DNA from: Thermoanaerobaculia bacterium
GTDB taxonomy: Bacteria > Acidobacteriota > Thermoanaerobaculia > Gp7-AA8
Length of the DNA: 64,000 nt
Reading direction: 5' to 3'
Assembly: GCA_035626775.1 (NCBI GenBank)
Contig: DASPNA010000062.1
Coordinates: forward strand, 3,480-67,479
Shown here: positions 37,852 to 47,009 of the stretch, one piece after another
How positions within the stretch are numbered: the first letter of the stretch is position 1
Layout: every line of letters starts with the position of its first letter
Translations under genes and position numbers: made by a program
The notes under the pieces: model-generated
Told to the model about the DNA's origin: nothing
The model's database searches: none
The model's input: the letters and a program-made list of their open reading frames with translations, nothing else

Positions 37852-38523
37852 TCAGTGCGACCCGAGATATTTGGCGCCGGGGATCAGCGCCGCGGCCATC
37901 GGCTGCACCACGCCCGTGCCGAATCCGCCGCGTAACTTCTTTCCGCCGCGACGTCCCGCGAACGAGACCGCGCCGCCGAACGGACGGCCGTGATAGACCG
38001 TCAGCGCGCGCTTCACGTATGTGCCGGTCTCCTCGTACGGCGGGATGCCGCCGTATTTGAGGACTGCATTCTCGCCCGCGTTATAGCCGGCGAGGACGCG
38101 CGTGAGGTCATCGTTGAAGAGGCGCTGCAGGTACGCGAGGTAGCGCACGCCGCCATGGATGTTCTGCTCGGGATCGTGGATCTTCGTCACGCCGAAACGC
38201 TTCGCGGTGGCCGGCATCAGTTGCATCAAACCGCGCGCGCCCTTGTGCGAGACGCAGTTCGGATTGAAATCGGATTCGACCTGGATCACGGCGCGCACGA
38301 GCGTCGGATCGACGGCGTATTTCGCCGCGTAGTGTTCGATGATCGGGTCGTACTTCGACGGACGATCGTGGCGTTTGGCGAGCCAGTTCAGATCTCCGCC
38401 GCCCCCGCCGCGGCCGGCGTTGTAGATCACCTTCTTGCCGTTGCGCTGTACCGCGATGCGAACGTCCGCGTTGGCGTTCGCCGCCGCGATCAGCACACCC
38501 AGCACGAGACTCAGGGACCGCAT
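37852..38523 (-). CDS. Lytic transglycosylase (SLT domain), secreted
   Basis: VIQVESDFNPNCVSHKGARGLMQLMPATA (catalytic ES + GLMQ motif) and AGYNAGENAV. Signal peptide present. Confidence 0.85.
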   Translation of the reverse strand: MRSLSLVLGVLIAAANANADVRIAVQRNGKKVIYNAGRGGGGGDLNWLAKRHDRPSKYDPIIEHYAAKYAVDPTLVRAVIQVESDFNPNCVSHKGARGLMQLMPATAKRFGVTKIHDPEQNIHGGVRYLAYLQRLFNDDLTRVLAGYNAGENAVLKYGGIPPYEETGTYVKRALTVYHGRPFGGAVSFAGRRGGKKLRGGFGTGVVQPMAAALIPGAKYLGSH

Positions 38524-38555
38524 CGGCCAGGATTTTACAGCATAGACTTCGGAAC

Positions 38556-38873
38556 ATGTCCTTCAAGCCGGTGCAAGCGGAAGTCGACGCGTGGATCTCG
38601 CAGTTCGAGGAAGGCTACTTCGCGCCGCTGCCGATGCTCGCGCGCCTCACTGAGGAAGTAGGCGAGCTCGCGCGCGTGCTGATGCATCAGTACGGAGGGA
38701 AGAAGCCGAAGACCGGCGAGGATGCGGGCGACGTAGGAGACGAGATCGCGGACGCGATGTTCGTGCTGGTGTGCCTCGCGAACTCGCTGAACATCGATCT
38801 CGATGAGAAGTTCGGGGCGATGATGGAGAAGTATCGGACGCGCGACGCGGAGAGGTGGAGCAGGAAGACTTAG
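38556..38873 (+). CDS. MazG-like nucleotide pyrophosphohydrolase
   Basis: LTEEVGELARVL ... EIADAMFVLVCLAN pattern (EExxE...DxxD) of the MazG domain. Confidence 0.75.
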   Translation: MSFKPVQAEVDAWISQFEEGYFAPLPMLARLTEEVGELARVLMHQYGGKKPKTGEDAGDVGDEIADAMFVLVCLANSLNIDLDEKFGAMMEKYRTRDAERWSRKT

Positions 38874-38975
38874 TCTCAGAGTCTCAGAGTCTCAGAGGGT
38901 ATCCTTCAGGCGCTGCTGGTGAGGCCGACCCTCTGAGACTCTGAGACTCTGAGACTCTGAGACTCTGAGACTCTG
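38871..38975. repeat. Palindromic element with (AGTCTCAG)3 left arm and (CTGAGACT)5 right arm around a 38-nt loop; between convergent genes
   Basis: tagtctcagagtctcagagtctcagaggg...ccctctgagactctgagactctgagactctgagactctgagactctg. Confidence 0.65.
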
Positions 38976-38990
38976 CTTCCGCGTCCCCCT

Positions 38991-39497
38991 TTACCGATTA
39001 CACATCGCGTACGCCTCGCGGAATGTCGGGTTCTCGATCAGCGCGCGGTTCACTTCGAAATAGCTGCGTACGACGTCATTGGTCTGCAGCAGGCGCCGGC
39101 GCAGATCGATGGCGATCTCGCGCCAGAACTTGGCGGCTGCCGCGGGGTTGTTGCGCAGGAACGCCGCGAGGTCATTCATCGAGATCGACACGATCTGCAC
39201 GTCCGTCACTGCTCTCAATGACGCAGACGCGACGCCGTCCTCAATGATCGACAGCTCGCCGAATGTCTGGCCGTCGCCGAGGTCACAGAGCGGCACTTCG
39301 TGATCGTGCACGCGGCGCCACACGCGGATCCTTCCGCTGCGCACGATGTGCAGCGCGCGGTTCGCATTTCCTTCCTCGAGAATCACGTCGCCGGGCGCAA
39401 AGTGCGATGCATGCAAGAGCCTGCGAACATGGTCGAGCTCGTCCGGCTCGAACTCCACGAAAAGCGTGACTTTCTTAAGAAAATCGTCGTTCTCCAC
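38991..39497 (-). CDS. Cyclic-nucleotide-binding domain protein (CAP-effector-like)
   Basis: FGELSIIEDGVASASLRAVTDV matches the cNMP-binding FGE(L/M)ALxxxxxRsAtvxA signature. 168 aa. Confidence 0.7.
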   Translation of the reverse strand: MENDDFLKKVTLFVEFEPDELDHVRRLLHASHFAPGDVILEEGNANRALHIVRSGRIRVWRRVHDHEVPLCDLGDGQTFGELSIIEDGVASASLRAVTDVQIVSISMNDLAAFLRNNPAAAAKFWREIAIDLRRRLLQTNDVVRSYFEVNRALIENPTFREAYAMCNR

Positions 39498-39621
39498 AAT
39501 CCGCTCTCCGTTTTTACGCTATCATTCCTGCATCCAAAAACATCGGTTGTATTCACCGCGAGGCCGGAGAGGGTACCGCGGCAGGGTTGCCTGTTCAAAG
39601 GACGGAGTCCTGGAGGAAGTC

Positions 39622-39993
39622 ATGGACGGATTGTTGCGGTCGCTCATCAAGACAGTGCGTCGCCGCCTTCGCGCGGATGAAGAAGTCACGGTGGAAGCCG
39701 TGACCAAAGAGCTCGGCTACACGCGACAGTACATCTCCGGCCGATTCCATCGCATTACAGGCCGCCTCCTCAGCCAGTTCCTCAAGGAGAAGCGACTTGA
39801 AAAAGCAGCGCGTCTGCTCAAAGCCGGCAACGTCCGCGTTTCGCAGGTGGCGCGCCGCTGCGGCTTCGACTCTGAAAATTACTTCCGCCAGCAGTTCCGC
39901 ATCCGCTATGGCATGTCGCCGCGCCAGTTCCGCGCAAACGGCACGCTGCGCGCGGCGCCGCGGCGTCCCGTCGTCGAGATGGCCACCGCGTAA
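39622..39993 (+). CDS. AraC-family HTH transcriptional regulator (HTH domain only, 123 aa)
   Basis: Internal ATG of ORF 39346..39993. GYTRQYISGRFHRITGRLLSQFLKEKRLEKAARLL ... VSQVARRCGFDSENYFRQQFRIRYGMSPRQFR matches the AraC HTH_18 pattern. Confidence 0.65.
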   Translation: MDGLLRSLIKTVRRRLRADEEVTVEAVTKELGYTRQYISGRFHRITGRLLSQFLKEKRLEKAARLLKAGNVRVSQVARRCGFDSENYFRQQFRIRYGMSPRQFRANGTLRAAPRRPVVEMATA

Positions 39994-39998
39994 CGCGA

Positions 39999-40841
39999 TT
40001 ACGCGCGCTCCAGCTCGTCGAACGCGCTCTGCAATTTCTCGGTCACCTCGCCGCGTCTTCCATTACGGATGACGCGGCCGTCGATCTCCGTCACCGGCAT
40101 GACACCCTGGGTCGTGCTGGTGATGAAAGCCTCGTCGAGATCGAACAGCTCCGCCTCCCGGAGCGGTCTTTCATCCACACGAACCTTCGCCCGCAGCGCC
40201 AGTCCAATCACGCGATCGCGCACGACGCCCGGCAGGATGTGCTCGTCCAAGGGATGCGTAATGACCGCGCCGTTCTTGACCGCGAAGAAATTCGAGCTCG
40301 CCCCTTCGCGCACGAATCCGTCCGCCAGCAGCACCGCCTCATCGGCACCCGTGCGCTGCGCCTGTTTCTTCGCCAACGCGTTGCCGAGGAGGTTCACCGA
40401 TTTGACGTGACAACGGCTCCACCGGCAATCCTCGGTCGTAATGACGCGAATCCCGCGATCCTTGCGCGCCGCATCGGGAAACTTGAAGCGCCGCGAGTAC
40501 GCGAGCGCCGTGGGCTCGACCTCATCCGGCCAGAAATGCGCGCGTTCAGCTTCGCCGCGCGAGACCTGGATGTAGACGATGCCGTCGTCGAACGAGGTAC
40601 GCCGTAAGAGCTCACCCATCGCGTCCGCGAAATCCGTTTCGCTCCAGGGACAGCGGATCTCGATCTCGCGCAGTCCCTGCGCCATGCGCCGATAGTGCTC
40701 GAGCAGGAACGCCGGTCGCCTGCCGACGAACTTGAACACCTCGTAGACGGCGTCGCCGAACTGGAATCCGCGGTCTTCGACGCCGAGGACGCGCTCGTCG
40801 GTCGTGGTGAATCGGCCGTTGAAGAGAAGAACGTCTCCCAT
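39999..40841 (-). CDS. Class IV aminotransferase (branched-chain/D-amino-acid aminotransferase or ADC lyase family)
   Basis: Start MGDVLLFNG inside ORF 39999..40928. Motifs DRGFQFGDAVYE and EGASSNFFAVKNGAVITH typical of PLP fold type IV. Confidence 0.8.
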   Translation of the reverse strand: MGDVLLFNGRFTTTDERVLGVEDRGFQFGDAVYEVFKFVGRRPAFLLEHYRRMAQGLREIEIRCPWSETDFADAMGELLRRTSFDDGIVYIQVSRGEAERAHFWPDEVEPTALAYSRRFKFPDAARKDRGIRVITTEDCRWSRCHVKSVNLLGNALAKKQAQRTGADEAVLLADGFVREGASSNFFAVKNGAVITHPLDEHILPGVVRDRVIGLALRAKVRVDERPLREAELFDLDEAFITSTTQGVMPVTEIDGRVIRNGRRGEVTEKLQSAFDELERA

Positions 40842-40932
40842 TGGGCGCGAATGATACGCGCCGCGCCGAAATGCGGGCCGCATCGAAATGCTTGCGGTAG
40901 ACTCCGGCTCAGGAAGGCGTCGGTCCATACAA

Positions 40933-43047
40933 ATGGCTCATCGTTCCGCGCGCTACGCCGCGAAGGTGGTCGCGCTCGCGGGCGTGCTCGCACTGCTGAG
41001 CATCGCCGCACAGAAACTGCAGCCGGGCGGTCACGTCACGCTCGTCTATCCCGCAACCGGCCTCGGCGCCGCGCTGCTCTGGGGATTTGGCGTTCGCTGG
41101 TGGCCGGCGTTCGTGCTCGCGCAGTTCGTCATCAGCCTGCGCGCCACGCATGGCTCGGTGTGGGTCGCGTCGTTCGTCACCGCGACCGAGCTGCTGGTCA
41201 TCCTTCTCTTCTGCGGTGTGGTCCTGCGCTATCGCGTCACTCGCGATCTCGAACGCCTGCGCGATCTCGGCATCTTCCTCGCTGCGGTCGTGCTGACGCC
41301 GGTCGTCGGCGGCGCCGCGACGATGATCGGCGAGTCGATCTTCGAAAAGCCGCCGTTCGAGCGTCTGCTGTCCGACGGCATCTCGTTCTGGCTCTCCGAC
41401 TTCGTCAGCATGCTGATCTTCGTCCCGCTCGTCCTCGGCTGGCGGCGCTGGCCGTTCCCGACGCGCATTCAGTTCCAGCGCTGGCTCGCGCTGGCGGTCT
41501 TGCTGATGACCCTCGGCGCGGTGATCGCGGAGCGCGGACCGGCGTCGAACACGCTCTTCCTCCTCCTGCCGATCGTCGTCTTCACGGCACTCGTGGCGGG
41601 CATTCCGGGCGCATCCGCGGCCGGCGCAATCCTCCTCTTCATTCTCCTCGGCATCGGCGGCATGCACGACATCGCGCGCGCGGACGCGATCATCCGCGTC
41701 GTATTCATCGGCACCGCGACTGCGACCGGCTACATCCTCGCCGTGATCTGGCGCGAGCGCGAACAGGGCGCGCTGCGCCTGTTCCACCTCGCGCATCACG
41801 ACTCGCTGACCGGCATGTACAACCGGCACGAGCTAGAAACGCGATTGCAGAAAGCGGTCACGGCCGGACCGCCGGCATCGCACGCGCTGCTGTATCTCGA
41901 TCTCGATCAGTTCAAGCTCGTCAACGACACGTGCGGCCACATGGCCGGCGACCGCATGCTCCAGGAGCTCGCGCGCGAGCTGCAACGCGCGCTCCCCCGC
42001 GGCACGACCTTCGCGCGCCTGGGCGGCGACGAATTCGCGATCATCCTTCTGCATGCGACCGAAGAGAGCGTTCTGGAAATCAGCGCGGCAATCCATGACG
42101 CGACGGCGCGCTATCGCTTTTCGTACGGCTCGATGAGCTTCGCGGTCGGCGTGAGCATCGGCATTACGTTCTTCCCGGACGAGCGCGGCGACACCGCGGA
42201 TGCCGTGCTCGGACGCGCGGACGTCGCGTGCTACGTCGCCAAAGAGGACGGCCGCCATCGCTCGCACGTCTACATGCCGCGCGATGAAGTCATGCTGAAG
42301 TGGCACTCGTCGATTCACGAGGTGTCGCAGCTCGAAAAGGCGATGGAGCACGGCGGATTCCGGCTCTATCGGCAATCGATCGTCGACCTCGAAGGCGGCA
42401 CGCGAACCAACTTCCACGAAGTGCTGCTGCGCCTTGCCACGCCGAGCAACGAGGGCGTGCGCACGAGCGCCGAGTTCCTTCCCGCGGCACAGCGTTTCGG
42501 CATGATGGATCGGATCGATCGCTGGGTGCTCGAGCACTCGTGCCGCCATCTCGGCGATTCACGCGATCGCGGACTGAAGCTGAGCGTGAACGTCTCCGGC
42601 TCGACGCTGAACGATCCCGCGTTTTACGACCTCGTCGTCGCGGCGCCTGAAAAGTACGGCTTCAATGCGCGACAGCTCTGTCTCGAAGTCACCGAAGGCG
42701 TGATGATCCATCGCCTGCGGCAGGCCGTCGAAGCGATGAAGGGATTGCGCGCGCGCGGGTTCGACCTCGCACTCGATGACTTCGGCGCGGGCGTGGCGAG
42801 CTTCGCGTATCTACAGGAGTTGCCGGTCACGTATGTGAAACTGGACGGCCGCATCGTACGCGGCCTCGGCACCGATCCCGGCAGCGAAGTGATCATCGGC
42901 GCGCTGGTGGGGCTGGCGAAGCTGCGCAACATCGAATGCATCGCGGAATGGGTCGAGAACCAGGCCGCCATCGACATCCTCAAGAGCCTCGGTGTGCGTT
43001 ACGCGCAAGGCTTCTTTCTGGACATGCCCGCGCCGCTGGAGGCGTAG
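40933..43047 (+). CDS. MASE1 sensor - GGDEF - EAL c-di-GMP turnover protein
   Basis: N-terminal polytopic MASE1-like region. GGDEF motif RLGGDEFAII. EAL domain with EALLR-like EVLLRL and DDFGAGVASFAYLQELPVTYVKLD. Confidence 0.85.
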   Translation: MAHRSARYAAKVVALAGVLALLSIAAQKLQPGGHVTLVYPATGLGAALLWGFGVRWWPAFVLAQFVISLRATHGSVWVASFVTATELLVILLFCGVVLRYRVTRDLERLRDLGIFLAAVVLTPVVGGAATMIGESIFEKPPFERLLSDGISFWLSDFVSMLIFVPLVLGWRRWPFPTRIQFQRWLALAVLLMTLGAVIAERGPASNTLFLLLPIVVFTALVAGIPGASAAGAILLFILLGIGGMHDIARADAIIRVVFIGTATATGYILAVIWREREQGALRLFHLAHHDSLTGMYNRHELETRLQKAVTAGPPASHALLYLDLDQFKLVNDTCGHMAGDRMLQELARELQRALPRGTTFARLGGDEFAIILLHATEESVLEISAAIHDATARYRFSYGSMSFAVGVSIGITFFPDERGDTADAVLGRADVACYVAKEDGRHRSHVYMPRDEVMLKWHSSIHEVSQLEKAMEHGGFRLYRQSIVDLEGGTRTNFHEVLLRLATPSNEGVRTSAEFLPAAQRFGMMDRIDRWVLEHSCRHLGDSRDRGLKLSVNVSGSTLNDPAFYDLVVAAPEKYGFNARQLCLEVTEGVMIHRLRQAVEAMKGLRARGFDLALDDFGAGVASFAYLQELPVTYVKLDGRIVRGLGTDPGSEVIIGALVGLAKLRNIECIAEWVENQAAIDILKSLGVRYAQGFFLDMPAPLEA

Positions 43048-43054
43048 GGCATAC

Positions 43055-43140
43055 GACCCCCTCGTCGAGGGGAGAAGGCTACACGAGGTCGTAGCCCTCG
43101 CCCCGCTTGCGGGGAGAGGGTGGCCGAAGGCGGATGAGGG
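43055..43140. repeat. REP-like element family 2, long rearranged form, between convergent genes
   Basis: cgaggggagaaggctacacgaggtcgtagccctcgccccgcttgcggggagagggtggccgaaggcggatgaggggctaca. Confidence 0.6.
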
Positions 43141-43141
43141 G

Positions 43142-44338
43142 CTACACCGCGACCGCTTTCACGATCACGATCGTGCGATCGTCCTCGTCTTCGCGTCCCC
43201 ACTTCGCGACGCGGCGGAGCACTTCCTGGCCGATCTCCTGCGCACTGCGGGCGCGCGTCGCTTTCACGATGCGGATCAGACGATCGGTGCCGAACTCGCG
43301 ATCCTGGCGATCGTGCGCTTCGATGATGCCGTCCGTGTAGAGGCACAACAGATCGCCGGCTTCGAGCTGCACGTAGCCGCGCATGTACGTGGCGTCCGGA
43401 GTCGGACCGAGGACGGGACCGCCGTTGCGCAAAAACTCCGTCTTCCCATTCTTGCGCAGGAGGAACGGCGGATTGTGTCCTGCGTTGCAGTAGATGAGGA
43501 TGCCGCCCGTTTCGAGCTCTCCGTAGAAAAGCGACACGAACTTCGTCGTCAGGCGGCCGCGATGGATGATGTGATTCAGCTTCTCCAGCGTGCGGATGAT
43601 CTTGAAATCGCGGTCCGTGGCCATGCGCAAACCCATGTACACGTCGCGCACGACGAGCGCCGCGGGCAGTCCGTGGCCGGAGCCGTCGGCGATGGCCAGG
43701 CCGAGGATGTTGTCGGAGACGGGAATGTAATCGTAGAAGTCGCCGCTGACGATTTCCGCGGGCACGGTGCGGCCCCAGATGTCATAGCCCGCGTACTGCG
43801 GAATGCGCGATGGCAGGATCGACTGCTGGATGCGCTGTGCTTCGACGATCAGCGACTCGTACCATGTCGCGCGGATGCGCTGGTTGATGACGTAACGGAT
43901 GAGATTCAGCGAGAAGAGGATGTCCTCGCGCCGGTGCGACGACGAGACGTTGAAGGCGATGATGTAATCCTCGTCGCCGACGGAGATCGCGCAGAAGCGA
44001 TGCGCGCCGAGCTTCTCCTCGAGCACAGGATCGAAGCCGGGATCGGTCGGGTCCATGACCACGATCCCGTTCTCCGTGACCAGCTCGATCGGCTTGTAGT
44101 CCTTCGGCACTTCGATGCCGATCGCGCCGTCATGGGACTCGCCGAATCGCGAAACCAGCTCATACGTGTGTTCGCGCGATTCATAAACGCGCCCGCCGGT
44201 GATCCCCAGCTCGACGCGAAAGTTCGTGGCGATCGTCTCCGCGATCTGCGAGACGGTGGCGGTCCGAGAGGCAGAGGTGTCGGTATCGAGCTGCTCGAGC
44301 GTCCGCTCGACCTGGGTGAGAAGGCGTTTGTAATCCAT
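43142..44338 (-). CDS. PP2C-type serine phosphatase (SpoIIE/RsbU family) with N-terminal GAF-like sensor region
   Basis: C-terminal SGDFYDYIP ... LGLAIADGSGHGLPAALV ... LLCLYTDGIIEA motifs of the SpoIIE domain. Confidence 0.8.
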   Translation of the reverse strand: MDYKRLLTQVERTLEQLDTDTSASRTATVSQIAETIATNFRVELGITGGRVYESREHTYELVSRFGESHDGAIGIEVPKDYKPIELVTENGIVVMDPTDPGFDPVLEEKLGAHRFCAISVGDEDYIIAFNVSSSHRREDILFSLNLIRYVINQRIRATWYESLIVEAQRIQQSILPSRIPQYAGYDIWGRTVPAEIVSGDFYDYIPVSDNILGLAIADGSGHGLPAALVVRDVYMGLRMATDRDFKIIRTLEKLNHIIHRGRLTTKFVSLFYGELETGGILIYCNAGHNPPFLLRKNGKTEFLRNGGPVLGPTPDATYMRGYVQLEAGDLLCLYTDGIIEAHDRQDREFGTDRLIRIVKATRARSAQEIGQEVLRRVAKWGREDEDDRTIVIVKAVAV

Positions 44339-44378
44339 GGTTAATCAGTGGATGAGGTGCTGATCTCGGCTGAAACGC

Positions 44379-44645
44379 TCACGCGCCCGCTCGTCGCGGT
44401 CGTAGACCATCGCCTCGAAGGAACGATATTTTACGGACGCGCGGTGCTGGCCGCTGCGGAGGCAATAAATGGTTCACGAGCGCATTCAGGATGTTGAGCC
44501 GCTCGCTCAGCGTGAATCCAGGCCGGGCGAATTCAGCGGGCATGTCGTCAACGGCTTCAGTGCCGAAACGAAGTGCGACTCCATCGACATCGACGGTCTG
44601 CGTTCGGAATGACTTCGGAGACGCCGCCAAGAGATCGATGTACAT
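44379..44645 (-). CDS. Small hypothetical protein (88 aa) upstream of PP2C phosphatase
   Basis: Internal start MYIDLL of ORF 44379..44801. The 5' part of that ORF is a REP element, so only the 3' 88 codons are considered. Weak support. Confidence 0.25.
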   Translation of the reverse strand: MYIDLLAASPKSFRTQTVDVDGVALRFGTEAVDDMPAEFARPGFTLSERLNILNALVNHLLPPQRPAPRVRKISFLRGDGLRPRRAGA

Positions 44646-44656
44646 CGGCGATCCCG

Positions 44657-44713
44657 ATCTGGAGCGACGGGCTCTTTGCCCGTCGACGGGCTGAGAGCCC
44701 GCCGCTCCCGATG
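44657..44713. repeat. REP-like nested palindromic element, family 4 (copy 2)
   Basis: atctggagcgacgggctctttgcccgtcgacgggctgagagcccgccgctcccgatgg. Confidence 0.6.
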
Positions 44714-44803
44714 GAAGGACATCGGCTTCGGGCCAGACATCACGGACAATCATCACTGCAGCATCACGGGCGAACATCGCGAGCAAATCCCCGACTTCCA
44801 TCG

Positions 44804-46936
44804 CTACCGCAACTCTACTCCATCCAACTCATACGGCGCCTTCACGCCCAGCGCGCCGAGCACGGTCGGATACACGTCCGCGATGTAGGGCGCGCGCGTC
44901 GTGGTCAGCTTGCGGTTCGTGAAGAAAATGCCTTTCACGATCTCCGGGTCGACCGAGCAGTGGTCGCCGCTCCATACCGCTTTGTTGTCTTCGAACAGTG
45001 TCTTCGGCACGCCGCCCAGCGAGGTCTGCCAGGAGACGCGGTAGCCGTCGTTGTTCATCACGAAAAGGTCCGGGATCATGTTCGGATCGAACTTTTTGTA
45101 CGCCTCTTCGCGCGTGAGCACGCGGCGCACGGGATGTTCGTTCGTTTCCGGATCGACCATCTGCACGAGCCGCGTCTGCAGCTCTTTCTTGAGCGCGTCG
45201 TACTCGGCGCCCGGCTCGACGATGCCTTTCGCCTCGCGACCTTTCAGGTTTACGTACACCTCGCCGAGACCCATGGCGTAGGCGCGGGTCTTTGACCAGT
45301 CGACGTTCTCCCAGAACTGTCCCTGATCGAACAGCATCTCGACGTTGCGGTCCTTTACCTGCACTCCGGTCTTCAGCGTCATGTAGCCGTTGAGCACGAG
45401 CCAGGTGTTGTAGTGAACGTGCCGGCGGAACGACGCGAAGCCGTGATCCGACGCCACGATCAGCAGCGCGTTCTTCCGCTCGGCCGCTTTCATCGCATCG
45501 CCGACGATCTCGTCCATCAGTTGATACGACTTCAGCAACGCGTCGCCCCAGTCGGCGGCGAGCTTCGCATCGTACGCGGGATGTTTCGGATCGACGATGC
45601 GCCAGAAGACGTGACCGACGCGGTCCGGAAACTCGAAGCACTGCACGATCAGGTCGTCATCGCGCTGCAGCAGCGCGTTGAAAATCTTGCGCGACTGCGT
45701 GACCGTCCACTCCATGTCGTCCCAGAAGATCTTCTCGGTCGCGAAGCCTTCCGAGATCGCCCACGTGTCGATCTGCCAGCCGATGGTCTTGTACGGACCG
45801 TGCTCCTTCGCGAGCTGCGGCGCCCAGTCATCCGGCGCCGAGACATTGAAGCCGGGCGGCAGATGCCGCGGATCGAAGTTGATCGGCGAGAGGTACAGCT
45901 TCACTTCCGGCTGCACCGACAGGAGATGAAACCGGCTGATACCGCGCAGTTTGATGAGCGGGTTGAATGGAAAGACGAAGTCGACCCATCCCGTCCACTC
46001 CCCCGCTTTCAGACGATGTTTGCTGCCGCTCACTTCGATCTCGATCGAATTGCGATCTTCCGCGATCGCGATCGTCATCGGGATCGAGATGTACGGCGGA
46101 TCTCCGAAGAGCTTGTTCGGCGGGCCCTGAATGGTGGTCTGCACGACGCCTTTGTTGTCCTCGAGTTGCACGACCTCGATCGAGAACTCGTTCGCGCCGC
46201 TCCGTTTGAAGTCGAGCTCGGACGTGAAGTAGAACGGTTTGCCGACGCGGCCGGAGATGTCGGGCACGCCAAGGCCGGAAAGCATGTGGCCCCGATGATC
46301 TCCATGGCCAAAATCCGTTGCCGGGAACGTCACCGGCACATGCACGATCGTCGACTTTTTCCCTGCCTGCGACGCTGCCTCCCAGAACGGCGTGCCCTGC
46401 CGGCGATTGATCACGCCGGGTCGTTTCGTCGGGATGTACTTCTGCACGGCGTAGAAGACACCCGCACCGACGCCGAGACCAAAGGCGAAGACGATCAGCG
46501 CGCCGAGACGACGCCGGCGCAAAAGGAAAATCGCGGCGATGACCGCGAACAACAACACGCCCGCCGCCGCGAACGCGACTGCATTGCGCTCGCCGAGGAG
46601 AAACGGCTCCGTCGTTTCATCGAACGCGGCGAAGACGGGAAGGTACGTCTTCGGATCGCGGCGCAGGAAATCGAAAATGCCCGTGCGGCCGGGATCGATG
46701 CCGGTGCTGAAAGTCGACCATGACACCGGCGTCTGCGCAGGGATCGTTGGAGTCAGCGGCCGGAACGTGCCGTCCTGCCGCAGCTTCGCCAGGTTCGGCA
46801 GTTTCCCCTCGTTCATCCAGCGCTCGGTATAGTTCGCATCCACGCCGTCGAAGCCGAGAACGATCACTTTCTGCTGCGCGGCCACGCTCAGCGAGCACGC
46901 CAGCGCGGCGGCAAGGATCAATCGTCTGAGTGACAT
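44804..46936 (-). CDS. Alkaline-phosphatase-superfamily protein (type I phosphodiesterase/nucleotide pyrophosphatase-like) with signal peptide and internal TM segments
   Basis: Start MSLRRLILAAALACSLSVAAQ (internal Met of ORF 44804..47200). VIVLGFDGVDANYTERW, TPVSWSTFSTGIDPGRTGIFDF, ALLIVASDHGF motifs. Hydrophobic stretch AFAAAGVLLFAVIAAIFLL...LIVFAFGLGVGAGVFY. Confidence 0.75.
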   Translation of the reverse strand: MSLRRLILAAALACSLSVAAQQKVIVLGFDGVDANYTERWMNEGKLPNLAKLRQDGTFRPLTPTIPAQTPVSWSTFSTGIDPGRTGIFDFLRRDPKTYLPVFAAFDETTEPFLLGERNAVAFAAAGVLLFAVIAAIFLLRRRRLGALIVFAFGLGVGAGVFYAVQKYIPTKRPGVINRRQGTPFWEAASQAGKKSTIVHVPVTFPATDFGHGDHRGHMLSGLGVPDISGRVGKPFYFTSELDFKRSGANEFSIEVVQLEDNKGVVQTTIQGPPNKLFGDPPYISIPMTIAIAEDRNSIEIEVSGSKHRLKAGEWTGWVDFVFPFNPLIKLRGISRFHLLSVQPEVKLYLSPINFDPRHLPPGFNVSAPDDWAPQLAKEHGPYKTIGWQIDTWAISEGFATEKIFWDDMEWTVTQSRKIFNALLQRDDDLIVQCFEFPDRVGHVFWRIVDPKHPAYDAKLAADWGDALLKSYQLMDEIVGDAMKAAERKNALLIVASDHGFASFRRHVHYNTWLVLNGYMTLKTGVQVKDRNVEMLFDQGQFWENVDWSKTRAYAMGLGEVYVNLKGREAKGIVEPGAEYDALKKELQTRLVQMVDPETNEHPVRRVLTREEAYKKFDPNMIPDLFVMNNDGYRVSWQTSLGGVPKTLFEDNKAVWSGDHCSVDPEIVKGIFFTNRKLTTTRAPYIADVYPTVLGALGVKAPYELDGVELR

Positions 46937-47009
46937 ACGCCGCGCATGATACAAGTGCTGCGTCAGCCGGGCACCCGTCTTGTAAATCGTCCGGCGGAGG
47001 AGTAACGCA

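Noticed and set aside
28052-38975. Possibility that the tandem-decamer and octamer arrays are CRISPR arrays
   Set aside because: Units are 8-10 bp, directly adjacent without unique spacers of uniform length, and arranged as inverted arms of a hairpin. No cas genes are nearby. They are microsatellite-armed palindromes, not CRISPR.
39346-39621. N-terminal 92 codons of ORF 39346..39993 (AraC regulator)
   Set aside because: This portion overlaps the convergent cNMP-binding gene's coding frame and is Ser/Arg-rich. The recognisable AraC HTH starts at the internal Met 39622.
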